Source: Octopus vulgaris
Lineage: Eukaryota
NCBI GenBank assembly: GCA_951406725.2
Contig: OX597837.1
Location: 37,324,001 to 37,388,000, forward strand
Direction: 5' to 3'
Length of the DNA: 64,000 nucleotides
A program made the position numbers and the translations under genes. Shown here one piece after another: positions 38,042 to 52,208 of this stretch (within the stretch, counting starts at the first letter, position 1; each line of letters opens with the position of its first letter). The notes under the pieces are model-generated. The model saw only the letters and a list, made by a program, of their open reading frames with translations. It ran no database searches and was not told where the DNA came from.

Positions 38042-38505
38042 AAGTAAAGTTTAGTTTCTCGAGTCATACCAACTCATAAGGGCTGGTTTCCTAGAGTGCT
38101 AAGCTCACAATCATGAGGTAGTGAGTTCGATTCCTGGACTGGGGTTGTGTGTTGTGTTCTCGAGCAAGACACTTGATTTCACATTGCTCCAGTTCACTCA
38201 GCTGTAGAAATGAGTTGTGACGTCACTGGTGCTAAGCTGTATCGGCCCTGAGCCATTCAAGCTGAAGGAGATCTTGTGTTGTCTTGCTGCGCAAGAGCTC
38301 ATTTTTGGTTAACCAATGTCAGATATTTTTGATGCACAATTGCATACATTTGTCTGTTTTGGCACGGTTTCTACAGCTGGATGCCCTTTCTAACACCAGC
38401 CCTCTTTAAAGAATGCACCGGTTGTCAAGTGAAGGCAGTGGGAAACAAACACACACACACATACATGTATACATACATGCACACATACACCTATACATGC
38501 GCATG

Positions 38506-38547
<42 letters not shown>

Positions 38548-39068
38548 TGTCAAACCCATGCCAGCATGGAAAATGAACATTAAAAGATGATGATGATGGT
38601 GACACAATGGGCTTCTTTCAGTTTCCATTTATCAAAACCATTCATAAAGCATTGGCTAGTCCAAGGCTATAGTGGAAAACACTTGCTGCCCAAGGTGCTA
38701 CGCAGTGGGACTGAACCCAGAGCCATGTGGTTGAGAAGCAAGCTTCTTACCACACAGCCACTCCTACACCTATAAATATGGCAGAATTGTGTGTATTGCT
38801 TGTGTATATGAACCCTATAAACACAAGATTCTGCCTGAAACCTGATCGAGTGGAGTGTAAACGTGTGACTCATTCGAGAGTACCTCACAAACTCAAAGCT
38901 GATCGGTTGAGTGACTCATAATGGGTTCAATTATCTTCCTCGATAGATCTCGCTTCCTCGTCAAGCCACACTCGCCCTAACCCTAACCCTAACCTCATAT
39001 GCCGTCCCCTCTGCCATGCCCCTCCACCCTACCGCCGATCCAGTCAGCAGCTTGAGGTTCTTGTGTCT

Positions 39069-39082
39069 GTCTCCATAGCAAC
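39069..39082. promoter_or_regulatory. RFX X-box motif
   Basis: GTCTCCATAGCAAC fits GTYNCC-AT-RGNAAC. Confidence 0.45.
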
Positions 39083-40114
39083 TGTTGTTTTTTGTTTTAA
39101 TTATATAACAGGGATGCTGCCTGGCAGCGATGGCGAAGGCGATGTCCAGGCCGACACATCACATGACTTTGTCATGGGCAGATGACACATCATCGAGATG
39201 ATGACCAGTTTTCTATAGTGTGTGGGTGGGGTGGGGTGGGGTGGAGTATTGATGAAGGGGTGGGTTGGATATGGAAGAATGGTGGGGGTGGGGAGAGAGA
39301 AAGAGAGAAGGAAATCCTGGTCTCGAATAACACACATACAGACGTAACATAACACACACACAACCACACACACACACGCATGCACACACAGTATTAGACA
39401 TACATATACATACCATACATATACATACACATTTATACATACATGCACAAACATGCCTATACAGGCATACACACACACACATATTCACACATAAATATAC
39501 ATACACACACACATATTACACACACATTTACCCACACACACACACACACACACATATTCACACATAAATATACATACATACATACATACGCATGTAAATA
39601 TACACTCATATTACACATATTATATACATTTACCCCCCTCCACCCACATACACACACACATATACAAACATACATATACACATAGGCATACATATTCACA
39701 CATAAACATAGATATTCATGCACAAATATACATACATACATATACAATATATATTTACATTCTTTCATACATGAACATGCATATACACACACGCAGATAT
39801 ACATATACAAACATACATATACACACATAAACCTATATACATATACACACACAAACAATCAAATACACATATACCACACATACATACACACACACAGGAA
39901 TACATACACATACATATTCATACAGAAATATACATATGTACAAGCATACATAGATGCATACACAGATGAAAACAAGCACCCTGTTACACACACACACATA
40001 CATGCTCATACACACACATATATATTTAAAGATACACACATCAATATGGACATCAGCACACACACATATTATGTGCAATATACACACACACACACACACA
40101 CAATAAACACATGC

Positions 40115-40149
<35 letters not shown>

Positions 40150-40339
40150 ATAAACATACGCATATATATACAAACACATACGCAGACACATGACACACCC
40201 ACAGAGTCTAAGAAACCAATATTTTGTGGGTGGGGTTCCTCGACAACATCACAAGACATAAGTTAACCATAATCACTCTAAATACGTTAATTCATTAATC
40301 ATCAAACTTTAATCACCGCCATTGCCACAACCTACACCA

Positions 40340-40689
40340 GCATCATCATCAGCACCATCGCCTACATCATCAACACATTTGCTGCCACACTCCTCCTCCT
40401 CATCATCATCACCATCATCCTCCTCATCACCACCACCATCATCACCACCATCATCATCATCACCATCATCATCACCATCATCACCATCATCACCACCATC
40501 ATCATCACCACCATCATCATCACCACCACCATCATCACCACCATCATCATCATCACCATCATCATCACCACCATCATCATCACCACCATCATCACCACCA
40601 TCATCATCATCACCACCATCATCATCACCACCATCATCATCATCACCACCATCATCATCATCACCATCATCACCACCACCATCATCATC

Positions 40690-40720
<31 letters not shown>

Positions 40721-40776
40721 GCAGCAGCAGCAGCACCAAAACGTCTACCATTATCTTATCCATCATCATCATCATC
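40340..40776. repeat. (CAT/CAC)n trinucleotide repeat
   Basis: Simple repeat producing spurious poly-S/P and poly-M/V ORFs; a similar (GAT/GGT)n tract lies at 62510-62868. Confidence 0.95.
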
Positions 40777-40852
40777 CCTAATACAGTCATTATTATTTAA
40801 ATGGCCCCTCCTCACCTGTGAGTTCTTCAAGTCCATACATATGAGGAGCTTT

Positions 40853-41024
40853 TAAGCTGATCCCTCATTAATCCCTTGTGACTTTTTTTCTCGCAGATTT
40901 TATCCCATACGCCACATAATCCCTCGTCCGATGTTTCCATCCAGTGCAACACCCTACAAGCTACTCCAGCTTAAAGATAAATATTTATTTATTTACTAAT
41001 TAATATCTTAAAGGGATTAGCTTA
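40853..41024. promoter_or_regulatory. K50-homeodomain (Otx/Pitx/Gsc-type) site cluster
   Basis: TAATCC x3 (40869, 40917, 41014 rc) and TAAGCT x3 (40853, 40968 rc, 41019 rc) within 172 bp. Confidence 0.4.
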
Positions 41025-41444
41025 ATGAACTGATCATACTTTCTGAAAACGAGAGGGACCCAGGTTCATAGTCCTGATGGGTTTAGATGCAGGAGTGGCT
41101 AATCACATGGTTCCGGGTTCAGTTCCACTGTGTGGCACCTTGGGCAAGTGTCTTCTAATAAAGCCTCGGGCTGACCAAAGCCTTGTGAGTGGATTTGGTA
41201 GACGGAAACTGAAAGAAGGACATCCAGCTGTAAAAATCATGCCAAAACTAACCTCGCCTGCATTAGGGCTAAAATAAAAAGCATTGAGTCCACTCTGCAG
41301 AGTGGTTGGTGCTAGGAAGGGCATCCAGCCGTAAAAACCCTGCCAAAACACACAGTAACCTGCGGTTGTCTTCTACCTGGCCAGCTCCTGTCAACTGTCC
41401 TACCCATGCATGCATGGAAGATGGACATTAAATGATGATGATGA

Positions 41445-41490
<46 letters not shown>

Positions 41491-42519
41491 AGTTAATCCA
41501 AACAAGAAAGCACAAAAAAAACACAACAACGCGAGGATGTGGAACAAATATAGTATTATTGGACGCTCAGGAAAGAAGGAAAGAAGGAGGGTTTAACGTT
41601 TCGAGCGGAGCTCTTCGTTGGAAACATAGGAGAAGGAAAGATCCAGAGAAGGGAAGAGAGAGGAAAAAAAAATCGCCAGCGGTACACACGCAGTCACATT
41701 TTGAAAGACCGGAAGGAAGTGGGTACATGTGTGTGTGTATGTGTTTATCCCCACCACAACTGCTTGACAACCAGTGTTGGTTTGTTTATATCCCCATAAC
41801 TTAACAATTCAGTAAAAGAGACTGATAGAACAAGTACCGGGCTTAAAAAACAAAATTAATACTATAGTCAATTCATTCAATTAGAAACTCCTCAGGGTAG
41901 TGCCCCAGCATGGCCACAGTCTAATGATTGAAATGAGTAAAAGATAAAAGATATACACATATATATGTGTGTGTGTGGGGGGGTTAGGGTTAGTGTTTCC
42001 TTGTCTTTAGATTGTGAGATATCTGCCAACAAATGTCCGGTCATACACAGTCCCTTGTTTCCAGTCTTGTGTGAAAACTTGTCTGGCCATGGGGAAATCT
42101 TATCTGGCCTAGAGACAGGTGAAGATTGGCTGTAGAAAATCTACCTCAAATATATGGTGAAAAGGTAAAGACCCTCTTCGGTCACAAATGACCATGGGAT
42201 TGCAGCTAGAAAGTTACCTTCTGCGGCACAAGTCTGGTCAAGGTTGTTTTATGGAAGACCAGCAGTCACCCATGCATACAAGCCTTCCCTCTCTATGCCA
42301 CCGATGTTATCCAAGGGAAAGGCAAAGGGGCCGATACAGCTTGGCACCAGTGATGTTGTATCTCATTTCTACAGCTGAGTGAACTGGGACAATGTGAAAT
42401 AAAGTGTCTTGCTCAAGAACACAACATACACCCCGGACCAGGAATCGAACTCACTACCTCATGATTGCGAGCCACTGAGCCATGCTCCATACTTTGAATA
42501 AACTCCATCTCTCTCTCTC

Positions 42520-42930
42520 TATCTGCTCAGTCGAAGTCGACTCTCGGTCACTCGTTGGATCAGTGTCCTCCAGTCAGTTCTATCCTGGGCCGCTTCTTTC
42601 AGATTGACTATGTCCATTCCGGTATCACTCTTGATGGTGTCAAGCCAGCGGGTTCTTGGTCAGCCTCTTCCTCTCTTGCTACTGACCATTCCGAGCATGA
42701 TGTCCTTCTCCAGGGATTTTCTCCGCATAATATGACCGAAATATGCCAATCTATGCTTGGTGATCCTAGCTTCTAGCGACATTTTCGGCCTGTTCTGCTT
42801 AAGAACTTCTCCATTGGTGAGCCTCGCTGTCCATGGAATCCAACACCAAAGCTCGAATGCATTAATTCTCTTCTGGTCAGCTTTCTTTGGTGTCCAGGTC
42901 TCGCATCCATATGTTGCTATTGGGAAGACA
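42520..42930 (-). mobile_element. RTE (BovB-like) LINE 3' fragment
   Basis: VFPIATYGCETWTPKKADQKRINAFELWCW..IPWTAR.TN.EVL...LAYFGHIMRRKSLEKDIMLG...KRGRG. Confidence 0.9.
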
Positions 42931-43465
42931 ATAAACCCACGCAAATATGGAAAAAGAGACGGCTGGCTGGCTGGCTTTTCAAAATACCAGCCAACCAACT
43001 GATGGATCTGTGGGAAATTCATCTTCTGCCATTCAAATCTGACTATATTTATCCTCTTCATAGCAAACCACTTGAGACAGTCTTTGGTTCTATCATACAA
43101 ACTTCCTGGTTTAAAGTGACCTAAATTAAAATCATTCATTAAAATTCCATCCTAATTTATATCTCATGTACAAGCTTAATTATGACAAAAGTGTTTTACT
43201 GACGTCTGTATCCTCAACTGCGTAATTTGATAATCACGACTTTTGCATGATAAAAGTTGTTTTACTAATTCTTCGTTATTCTCAAAATTAATTCGCGGGA
43301 GTGGCTGTGTGGTAAGTAGCTTGCTAACCAACCACATGGTTCCGGGTTCAGTCCCACTGCGTGGCATCTCGGGCAAGTGTCTTCTGCTATAGCCCCGGGC
43401 TGACCAATGCCTTGTGAGTGGATTTGGTAGACGGAAACTGAAAGAAGCCTGTCGTATATATGTAC

Positions 43466-43497
<32 letters not shown>

Positions 43498-44480
43498 TTG
43501 TGTGTCTGTGTTTGTCCCCCTAGCATTGCTTGACAACCGATGCTGGTGTGTTTACGTCCCCCGTCACTTAGCGGTTCGGCAAAAGAGACCGAAGGAATAA
43601 GTACTGGGCTTAAAAAGAATAAGTCCCGGGGTCGATTTGCTCGACTAAAGGCGGCGCTCCAGCATGGCCGCAGTCAAATAACTGAAACAAGTAAAAGAGT
43701 AAAGATAACATATTCCAGCAGAAATACGGAAATGAAAGTGTTAAATTCCATGCTAATTTATGTTCCAAACACCAACTTAATAAATGACGAAGTTATTTTA
43801 CTAAATTCATTATTTTCAAAATTAATTTTGAACAAAAGCAATTGTATTTCAACAGAAATGTGGTATCGGAAGAAAATGATCCAAATTAAAACCTTTCATC
43901 AAAATTTCATGTTTATTTATGTTCCAGACATCATCATCATCATCGTTTAACATCTGTTTTCCGTGCTAGCATGGGTTGGATGGTTCAACTGGGGTCTGTG
44001 AAGCCAGAAGGCTGCACCAGGCTCCAGTCTGATCTGGCAGTGTTTCTACAGCTGGATGCCCTTTGTAACAACCACTCCGTGAGTGTAGTGGGTGCTTTTT
44101 AAGTGCCACCGACACAGGAGCCAGAGGAGGCTGGAAAACGACCACGGTTGGTTGGTACTTTTACGTGTTACCAACACAGACACCAGTCAGGCGGCGCTGG
44201 CATCTGCCACGTTCGGATGGTGCTTTTTATGTGTCAACGGCACAGGTATCATAACTACAATACACCAGCCTAATAATGTTATTTTACGAAATTCTTCATT
44301 ATTCTTCATTAGGTGCAGGAGTGGCCGTGTGGTAAGTAGCTTGCTTACCAACCACATGGTTTCGGGTTCAGTCCCACCGCGTGGCACCGTGGGCAAGTGT
44401 CTTCTACTATAGCTTCAGGCCGACCAAAGCCTTGTGAGTGGATTTGGTAAACGGAAACTGAAAGAAGCCCATTGTATATA

Positions 44481-44545
<65 letters not shown>

Positions 44546-44552
44546 TCCTAGC

Positions 44553-44940
44553 AGGCGCAGGAGTGGCTGTGTGGTAAGTAGTTTGCTAACCAACCACATG
44601 GTTCCGGGTTCAGTCCCACTGCATGGCATCTTGGGCAAGTGTCTTCTGCTATAGCCCCGGGCCGACCAATGCCTTGTGAGTGGATTTGGTAGACGGAAAC
44701 TGAAAGAAGCCTGTCGTATATATGTATATGTATGTATGTATGTGTCTGTGTTTGTCCCCCTAGCATTGCTTGACAACCGATGCTGGTGTGTTTACGTCCC
44801 CGTCACTTAGCGGTTCGGCAAAAGAGACCGATAGAATAAGTACTGGGCTTACAAAGAATAAGTCCCGGGGTCGATTTGCTCGACTAAAGGCGGTGCTCCA
44901 GCATGGCCGCAGTCAAATGACTGAAACAAGTAAAGAGAGA
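44553..44940 (+). mobile_element. SINE-A, full length, within a SINE-A cluster at 43277-46500
   Basis: Matches family A head, body and tail. Confidence 0.88.
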
Positions 44941-46005
44941 GAGAGATATATATATGTGTGTGTGTGTGTGTATGTTTGTGTGCCTGTGTTTGTCCCCCCC
45001 CCCCAACATCGATTGACAACCGATGATGGTGTGTTTACGTCCCCCATAACTTAGCGGTTCGGCAAAAGAGACCTATAGAATAAGTACTAGTCGATTTGCT
45101 CGACTAAAGGCGTTGCTGCAGCATGGCCGCAGTCAAATTGACTGAAACAAGTAAAAGAGTATTTTAAGAATTACTTGAAACACGGTCTATTCCAACAGAA
45201 ATATGGTAACCAAAGGGTTAAAATGATCTAAATTAAACCCCCTAAATTAAAACCCTTCCACCAAAATTTCAGGCTAATTTCTGTTCTAAACACCAACTAA
45301 ATAATTCTTCATTATTTTCAAAATTAATTGAAACCAAAACAGTGTACTTCAGAAATATAGTAACGAAAGGATTAATTAGCACAAAGCAATTTTGAGGTCA
45401 AAGTCAGATGCTCCAAGCAAGGTTTGAACTTGTAAAATCAAATGTCATTAATGAGGCCTTTTGTATTTTAAACTAACACCATTAAAGCAATGAAACAGGT
45501 TTACAAAATGTTGCTGTTCACCATTTCTAAAGTCTATGGAACAAATCAGGATACAATGGTTGTTGTGACCTTATCAGAATATTCTAGTATTGAAGTACAA
45601 AAATCACTTTTAAACTTTGGTAAAAAAAACAAAAAATTTTTAAAAAAAACAACTAAAATAAATAAAAGTTAAAACATGCACTGTGGCTGTGTGGTATGGA
45701 GTTTGTTTCCCAACCACATAGTTCTGGGTTCAGTCCCACTACATGGCACCTTGGGTAAGTGACTTCTTTTAAAGACTCAGGCTGATTAATGTCTTGTGAA
45801 TGGATTTGGTAGATGGAAATTGAAAGAAGCCTAGCATATAGGTGCAGGAGTGGCTGTGCGGTAAGTAGCTTGCTTACCAACCACATAGTTCTGGGTTCAA
45901 GTTCCACTGTGTGGCACCTTGGGCAAGTGTCTTCTACTATAGCTTCGGGCCTTGTGAGTGGATTTGGTAGATGGAAACTGAAAGAAGCACATTGTATGTA
46001 TATGT

Positions 46006-46055
<50 letters not shown>

Positions 46056-47562
46056 TGTGTTTGTACTCCCAACATCACTTGACAACCAATGCTGGTGTGT
46101 TTACGTCCCTGTAACTTAGTGGTTCGGCAAAAGAGACTGATAGAATAAGTACTAGGCATACAAAGAATAAGTCCTGGGGTCGATTTTTTTTTTGACTAAA
46201 GGCAGAGCTCCAGCATGGCTGTAGTTAAATGACTGAAACAAGTAAAAAAAAAGAAAAGAAAAGGAATATATATATGTGTGTATGTGTCTTTATCTCTGTG
46301 TTTGTCCCCAATCACTGCTTGACAACTGGTGTTGGTGTGTTTACGTCCCCATAACTTAGTGGTTCAGCAAAAGAGACAGATAGAATGAGTGCCAGGTTTT
46401 AATGAAAAATAAGTAGAAGGGTTGATTTGTTTGACTAAAAATTCTTCAAGGTGGTGCCCCAGCATGGCCACAGTCTAATGACTGAAACAAATGGAAGGTA
46501 CCGGGTGCTTTTTTGTATGCCAGATACAGATAATTCTGATAAGGCGGCCCCAGGTGAACCCAGAACACACAAGATACAAGCTGAGAGAAAGTCGGTGGGT
46601 AGGTGGGTGGTATGGGAAGATGAATGATGGGTGGGAAGGCAGACTGCCAAAATGGGTAGGGCTGCAGGGTGGATGTGACCAGAGATATGAGCTGGGGACG
46701 CCCCCCCCCCCCCCGAGGGATGCAGAGGAATGGGGTGGGTGGCAGTGAGTAGCAGAAGTAAAAATGATACAGTTGCTGGGAGGGGGAGGAAAAGAGAGAG
46801 GGGGAAGATGGAGACCTAATGCTTGAAGGGAGGAAGTCACTAATGGATGGAGACCCCAAAATATAGCACTTCTAGAAGTCAGTTTTGCAGAGGAGGGCAA
46901 GTGTTCTTGAGAACCTCATATATATACAGAGAGATGGTAAAGACCACCTGTTGGTTGTGAATCACTAGGACATTGCACCAACAAAGTTCCCCTCTGAAGC
47001 ACAAGTTCCTTTCCAAGGCACAAGTTTCCCTCCAGGCAAGGTTGTGTAGCAAGTCGTAAAAGGCGGCAATATAACGTAATGGTTGTTTGTCCGAACAAGC
47101 ATAATTGTTAAAATTACTGCCCATATACAAATTCTAAACTTTCGTCAAAGAAATCTTTCACAAAATACAGTTCTTAGAATTCAGATATGAGCAGTTATAA
47201 AAACCTTGATTTTTGGGAAATTACTCAGTGTTCATAGGATTTTACTAAACCCCACGACACTCACAATAGTGATAGTTGGATGTTACTAAACTTCACAACA
47301 CTCATTGTGATATTGGCTATTTTTTATGCCTTGTCTATGATAAAAATCCAACAAGACTTATTTGAATTGTTGTGAACTCTAGTAGTTAGTACGAAGGATT
47401 AGCTAGTGTGAATTTTAAGTCGTAATTCTCTGCGACAAAATGGCTTTTGTACTACAAACACTAAATGTACATAAATAAAATAATGTAGCAATTACAGCTG
47501 GATGCCCCTCCTAACGCCAACCACTTTACAGAGTGTATCGGGTACTTTTACATGGCACCATA

Positions 47563-47970
47563 TCTCTCTTTTACTTGTTTCAGTCATTTGACTGCGGCCA
47601 TGCTGGAGCACCGCCTTTAGTCGAGGAGCAAATCGACCCCGGGACTTATTCTTTGTAAGCCCAGTACTTATTCTATCTGTCTCTTTTGCCGAACTGCTAA
47701 GTAACGGGGACGTAAACACACCAGCATCAGTTGTCAAGCAATGCTAGCGGGACAAACACAGACACACAAACATATACACACACTTATATATATATATACA
47801 TATATACGACAGGCTTCTTTCAGTTTCCGTCTACCAAATCCACTCACAAGGCATTGGTCGGCCCGGGGCTATAGCAGAAGACACTTGCCCAAGATGCCAC
47901 GCAGTGGGACTGAACCCGCAACCATGTGGTTGGTAAGCAAGCTACTTACCACACAGCCACTCCTGCGCCT
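47563..47970 (-). mobile_element. SINE-A, full length, inverted relative to its neighbours
   Basis: Reverse complement of 44553-44940 and 48821-49242 at high apparent identity. Confidence 0.88.
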
Positions 47971-48820
47971 ATATGGGTGCTTTTATGTGGCATCTCATGG
48001 GTACTTTTACATGACCCTGCATGGGCACTTTTACCATGGCACTGCATGGACGCTTTCACATGACGTCGCACAGGCACTTTTGACGTCACACAGGCGCTTT
48101 TACGTGGCACCTCAGAGGCGCTTTTTACTAAATTAGTGTTTGGAATATTAATTAATATGAAATTTTGATATAAGGTTTTAATAAAAAAAATTTTTAAACC
48201 TGGAATTGCTACCTTAGAACCAGGGGTAACCTCAGGTGGGTTGGCATCAAAAGGGTTAATAAATTATCAACCTGGACAAACCTCAGGTCAGCTCCATCTG
48301 GGCAGATCAACAATCAAAAACATTCCAGTCATCATTATCCAGTTCCTTTCTCAGACATTTCATGTCTAAGACTGGAACTATGCTAGCCAAATGCAAGTCC
48401 TTCACTTTTCAGGATGGCACGATGTAATTTGAAGGAGAGGGGGTCACTACTATTTCTAGCAATTCAAGTGACCACATAGAAGCCACTTTCCTGGCTATTG
48501 TTCTCTTTCACATTGTTTCCATTCCAAAGTGCAAAGACAAAACAAAAACAAAAAAAGCCAGCTGTGCTCACCCATAAATCAAAGTTGACAAACACGTTCC
48601 ATTTTCTGTTCACACACAATATTCGGTTAGCCTGAGGTCAACCACAAGCAAACAGACTCACACACTTTCAATCAAAAAACATTGACAACTGACCCTGCCT
48701 CACAAGGACAACATTATGAACTAAGATCATACTGTTTTTTTGTTGGATTTTTGTGCGAGGGACGGGTAACATTTACAACACCATAGGCAGGATTGTCAGG
48801 GTATTGGAAAAAATACTTGC

Positions 48821-48991
48821 AGGCACAGGAGTGGCTGTGTGGTAAGAAGCTTGCTTACCAACCACATGGTTCCGGGTTCAGTCCCACTGCGTGGTATCTT
48901 GGGCAAGTGTCTTCTACTATAGCCTCGGGCCGACCAATGCCTTGTGAGTGGATTTGGTAGACGGAAACTGAAAGAAGCCTGTCGTATATAT

Positions 48992-49041
<50 letters not shown>

Positions 49042-49242
49042 TTGTGTGTCTGTATTTGTCCCCCTAGCATTGCTTGACAACCGATGCTGGTGTGTTTATG
49101 TCCCCGTCACTTACTGGTTCGGCAAAAGAGACCGATAGAATAAGTACTGGGCTTACAAAGAATAAGTCCTGGGGTTCATTTGCTCGACTAAAGGCAGTGC
49201 TCCAGCATGGCCACAGTCAAATGACTGAAACAAATAAAAGAG
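48821..49242 (+). mobile_element. SINE-A, full length
   Basis: Matches family A. Confidence 0.88.
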
Positions 49243-51462
49243 AACCCTTTAGCCTTCAAACCGGCCATACCTGGCCTCAATATTCTACCAGATTTATGTT
49301 AAAACAGGCCAGACAGGCCTTTCATACCTGTCCCACAATGTCATTCTAAAAATACGCAAAAACACATCATGAAAACCTCTTAGCTACAAGAGAATGCAAG
49401 GATAACTCAAACCTCAACCACAGGGTTCTGGGTTCAGTCTCACTGTGTGGCACCTTGGCCGAGTTTCTTCTACTATAGCCTCAGGCTGACCAAAGCCTTG
49501 TGAGTGGCTTTGGTAGATGGAAACTGAAAGAAGCCTCTCCTATATATGTGATGGATTCTCCCGTTGTTAGACATCGTATGAGGGTTCGATAATTTCTTAC
49601 CAAACAACCACATGGATGATTTGTTTATAGTGATCAAATTTTTGCGTAGGCATAAGCTTGCTCCCTTCATCAAACCAACATTACCTGTACAGGTGCACCA
49701 TGTGTCACATATCAGATGATGAAATGATTGCAGAGCAACATGAAATGAAGTGCTTTGCTCAAGAACACAGCGCAATGCCTAGTCTGGGAATCGAACCCAG
49801 AATCTCCCAACCATATGTATTTGGGCATGTGTGTCTTCGTGTCTGTGTTTGTCCCTCCATCATCACTTGACAACTGATGTTGGTGAATTTAGGTCCCTGT
49901 AACTTAGCAGTTTGACAAAAGAAACCAATAGGAATAAGTACCAGGCTTAGAAAAAAACAACTCCTGGGGTCAATTTGTTTAACTAAAAACCCTTCAAGGT
50001 GGTGCTCCAGCATGGCCACAGTCAAATGACTGAAACCAGTAAAGTGGCTGGAGGAGGTAGTGCTGCCCTGAGTCAAGAAGGTGGCTACTGGAAGATCCTA
50101 TGCCTGGCAAAAGGACTCTGCACCATGCCACACAAGCAGGAGAACCTAACCATGGCTATCAGACAGTTTCTGCAACCACATCACCCAATAACATCTGTAT
50201 GTATCTCTCTTTCTGGGTAACCATGTACCTCCTCTACAGCAAGACACCTATTTCTTCCTCTCTATTTCTCTGTGACACTCTAACCTTTCATCATCTGATA
50301 CTGGATTACCTCCTCCAATGCCCCCCCACTCCATTATAACAAGATACCTGTTTCTACCTCTCTGTCTCATTGTCACAATCATCATCATCATCATCGTTTA
50401 GCATCCGTTTTCCATGCTAGCATGGGTTGGACGGTTCAACTGGGGTCTGTGAAGCCAGAAGGCTTCATCAAGCCTAGTCAGATCTGGCAGTGTTTCTACG
50501 GCTGGATGCCCTTCCTAACGCCAACCACTCCGTGAATGTAGTGAGTGCTTTTTACGTGTCACCCGCACAGGTGCCAGACGGAGCTGGCACAATGTAACCC
50601 TTTATCCTCTAACACAAGTTCCCCTCCTCAAATTCTCTTGCCCCTCACAAAATATTTTGTCTTGTGAGTTACTTGGTGACCCTGTCAGTGATGGTGACAT
50701 GTAAAAAGCACTGAGTCCACTCTGCAGAGTGGTTGGTGTTAGGAAGGGCATCCAGCTGTAAAACCCCTGCCAAAACAGACAGTAACCTAGGGTAGTTTTT
50801 CTACCTGGTTGGCTCCTGTCAACCATCCTACCCATGCATGGAAGATGAATACTGAACGATGATGATATGTATATATATATATATATGTATATATATTGAG
50901 ACCCCATCGGTCATGACTGTGGGATTGTACCTAGAAATTTACCTTCCCAGTCACAAGTATGTGCAAGGTAGTTTATGGAAGACCAGCAGTCACCCATGCA
51001 TACCGGCCTCCCCTCTCCACGCCACCAGTGTTATCCAAAGGAAAGGCAATGGGCGATACAGCTTGGGACCTGTGATGGCGCAACTCCTTTCTACAGCTGA
51101 GTGAACTGGAGCAACGTGAAATAAAGTGTCTTTCTCAAGAACACAACATGCAGCCCGGTCCAGGATTTGAACTCACAATCATAAGCCAGGTGAGAGAGAG
51201 TGAAAGAGAGGCCAATTAAATATTTTTGCATTTGTAATTGTTACACCTGGGTAGAGGCAGTTTCATATTGTACACACACACACATTATATATATATATAT
51301 ATATAAACATATTTTGACAAATTAAATTTAAATGTTGAACGGCTTTTGTGTGTTTTTTACATGGCTTATAAACACCTTTCATGCTGCAATTGTTTCGTTC
51401 CAGTACACGGTCTCAGATCAAGTCACTCGCTATGCAAGTACATCTCTCTCTCTCTCTCTCAC

Positions 51463-51508
<46 letters not shown>

Positions 51509-51649
51509 TAGACACTGGCTGGCATCAGAAGCGGAAACAGTCGTAAGAATTGTCATGCCATATAAATGTTATGTCACGTTTTGTATTGAATAATAAACTT
51601 TAAATATGGTCCAATTGTTTTGTTTGTTAATCTGAGGTTTTCTCCATTT

Positions 51650-51685
<36 letters not shown>

Positions 51686-52153
51686 CGAGAGTGGCTGTGT
51701 GGTAAGTAGCTTGCTTACCAACCACATGGTTGTTCTGGGTTCAGTCCCACTTCATGGAGCTCTTGGACAAGTGCCTTCTACTATAGCCTTAGGCTGACCA
51801 AAGCCTTGTGAATGGATTTGGTAGACAGAAATTGAAAGAAGCCCCTAATATATATATATATGTATGTGTGTGTATATGTTTGTGTGTCTGTGATTGTCCC
51901 ACCCCCCCAACATCGCTTGACAATCGATGCTGGTCTGTTTACGTTCCTGTAAATTAGCGGTTCGGCAAAAGAGTCTGATAGAATAAGTACTGGGGTCGAT
52001 TTGCTCGACTAAAGGCAGTGCTCCAGCATGGCCACAGTCAAATGACTGAAACAAGTAAAAGAAAAATAGAATATATGTTATTGGACGTGCAGAATAGTTT
52101 TGTAACACATCCATTTGATATATATATATATATGTGTTTGATATATATATGTT

Positions 52154-52208
<55 letters not shown>

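Noticed and set aside
40322-40855. 177-aa Ser/Pro-rich ORF (and the His-rich ORF at 62469-62870)
   Set aside because: A pure (CAT/CAC)n repeat that is open in several frames, with no splice or homology support.
42931-43139. N-terminal half of the 159-aa ORF fused to RTE sequence
   Set aside because: Unrelated flanking DNA fortuitously in frame with a truncated LINE fragment.
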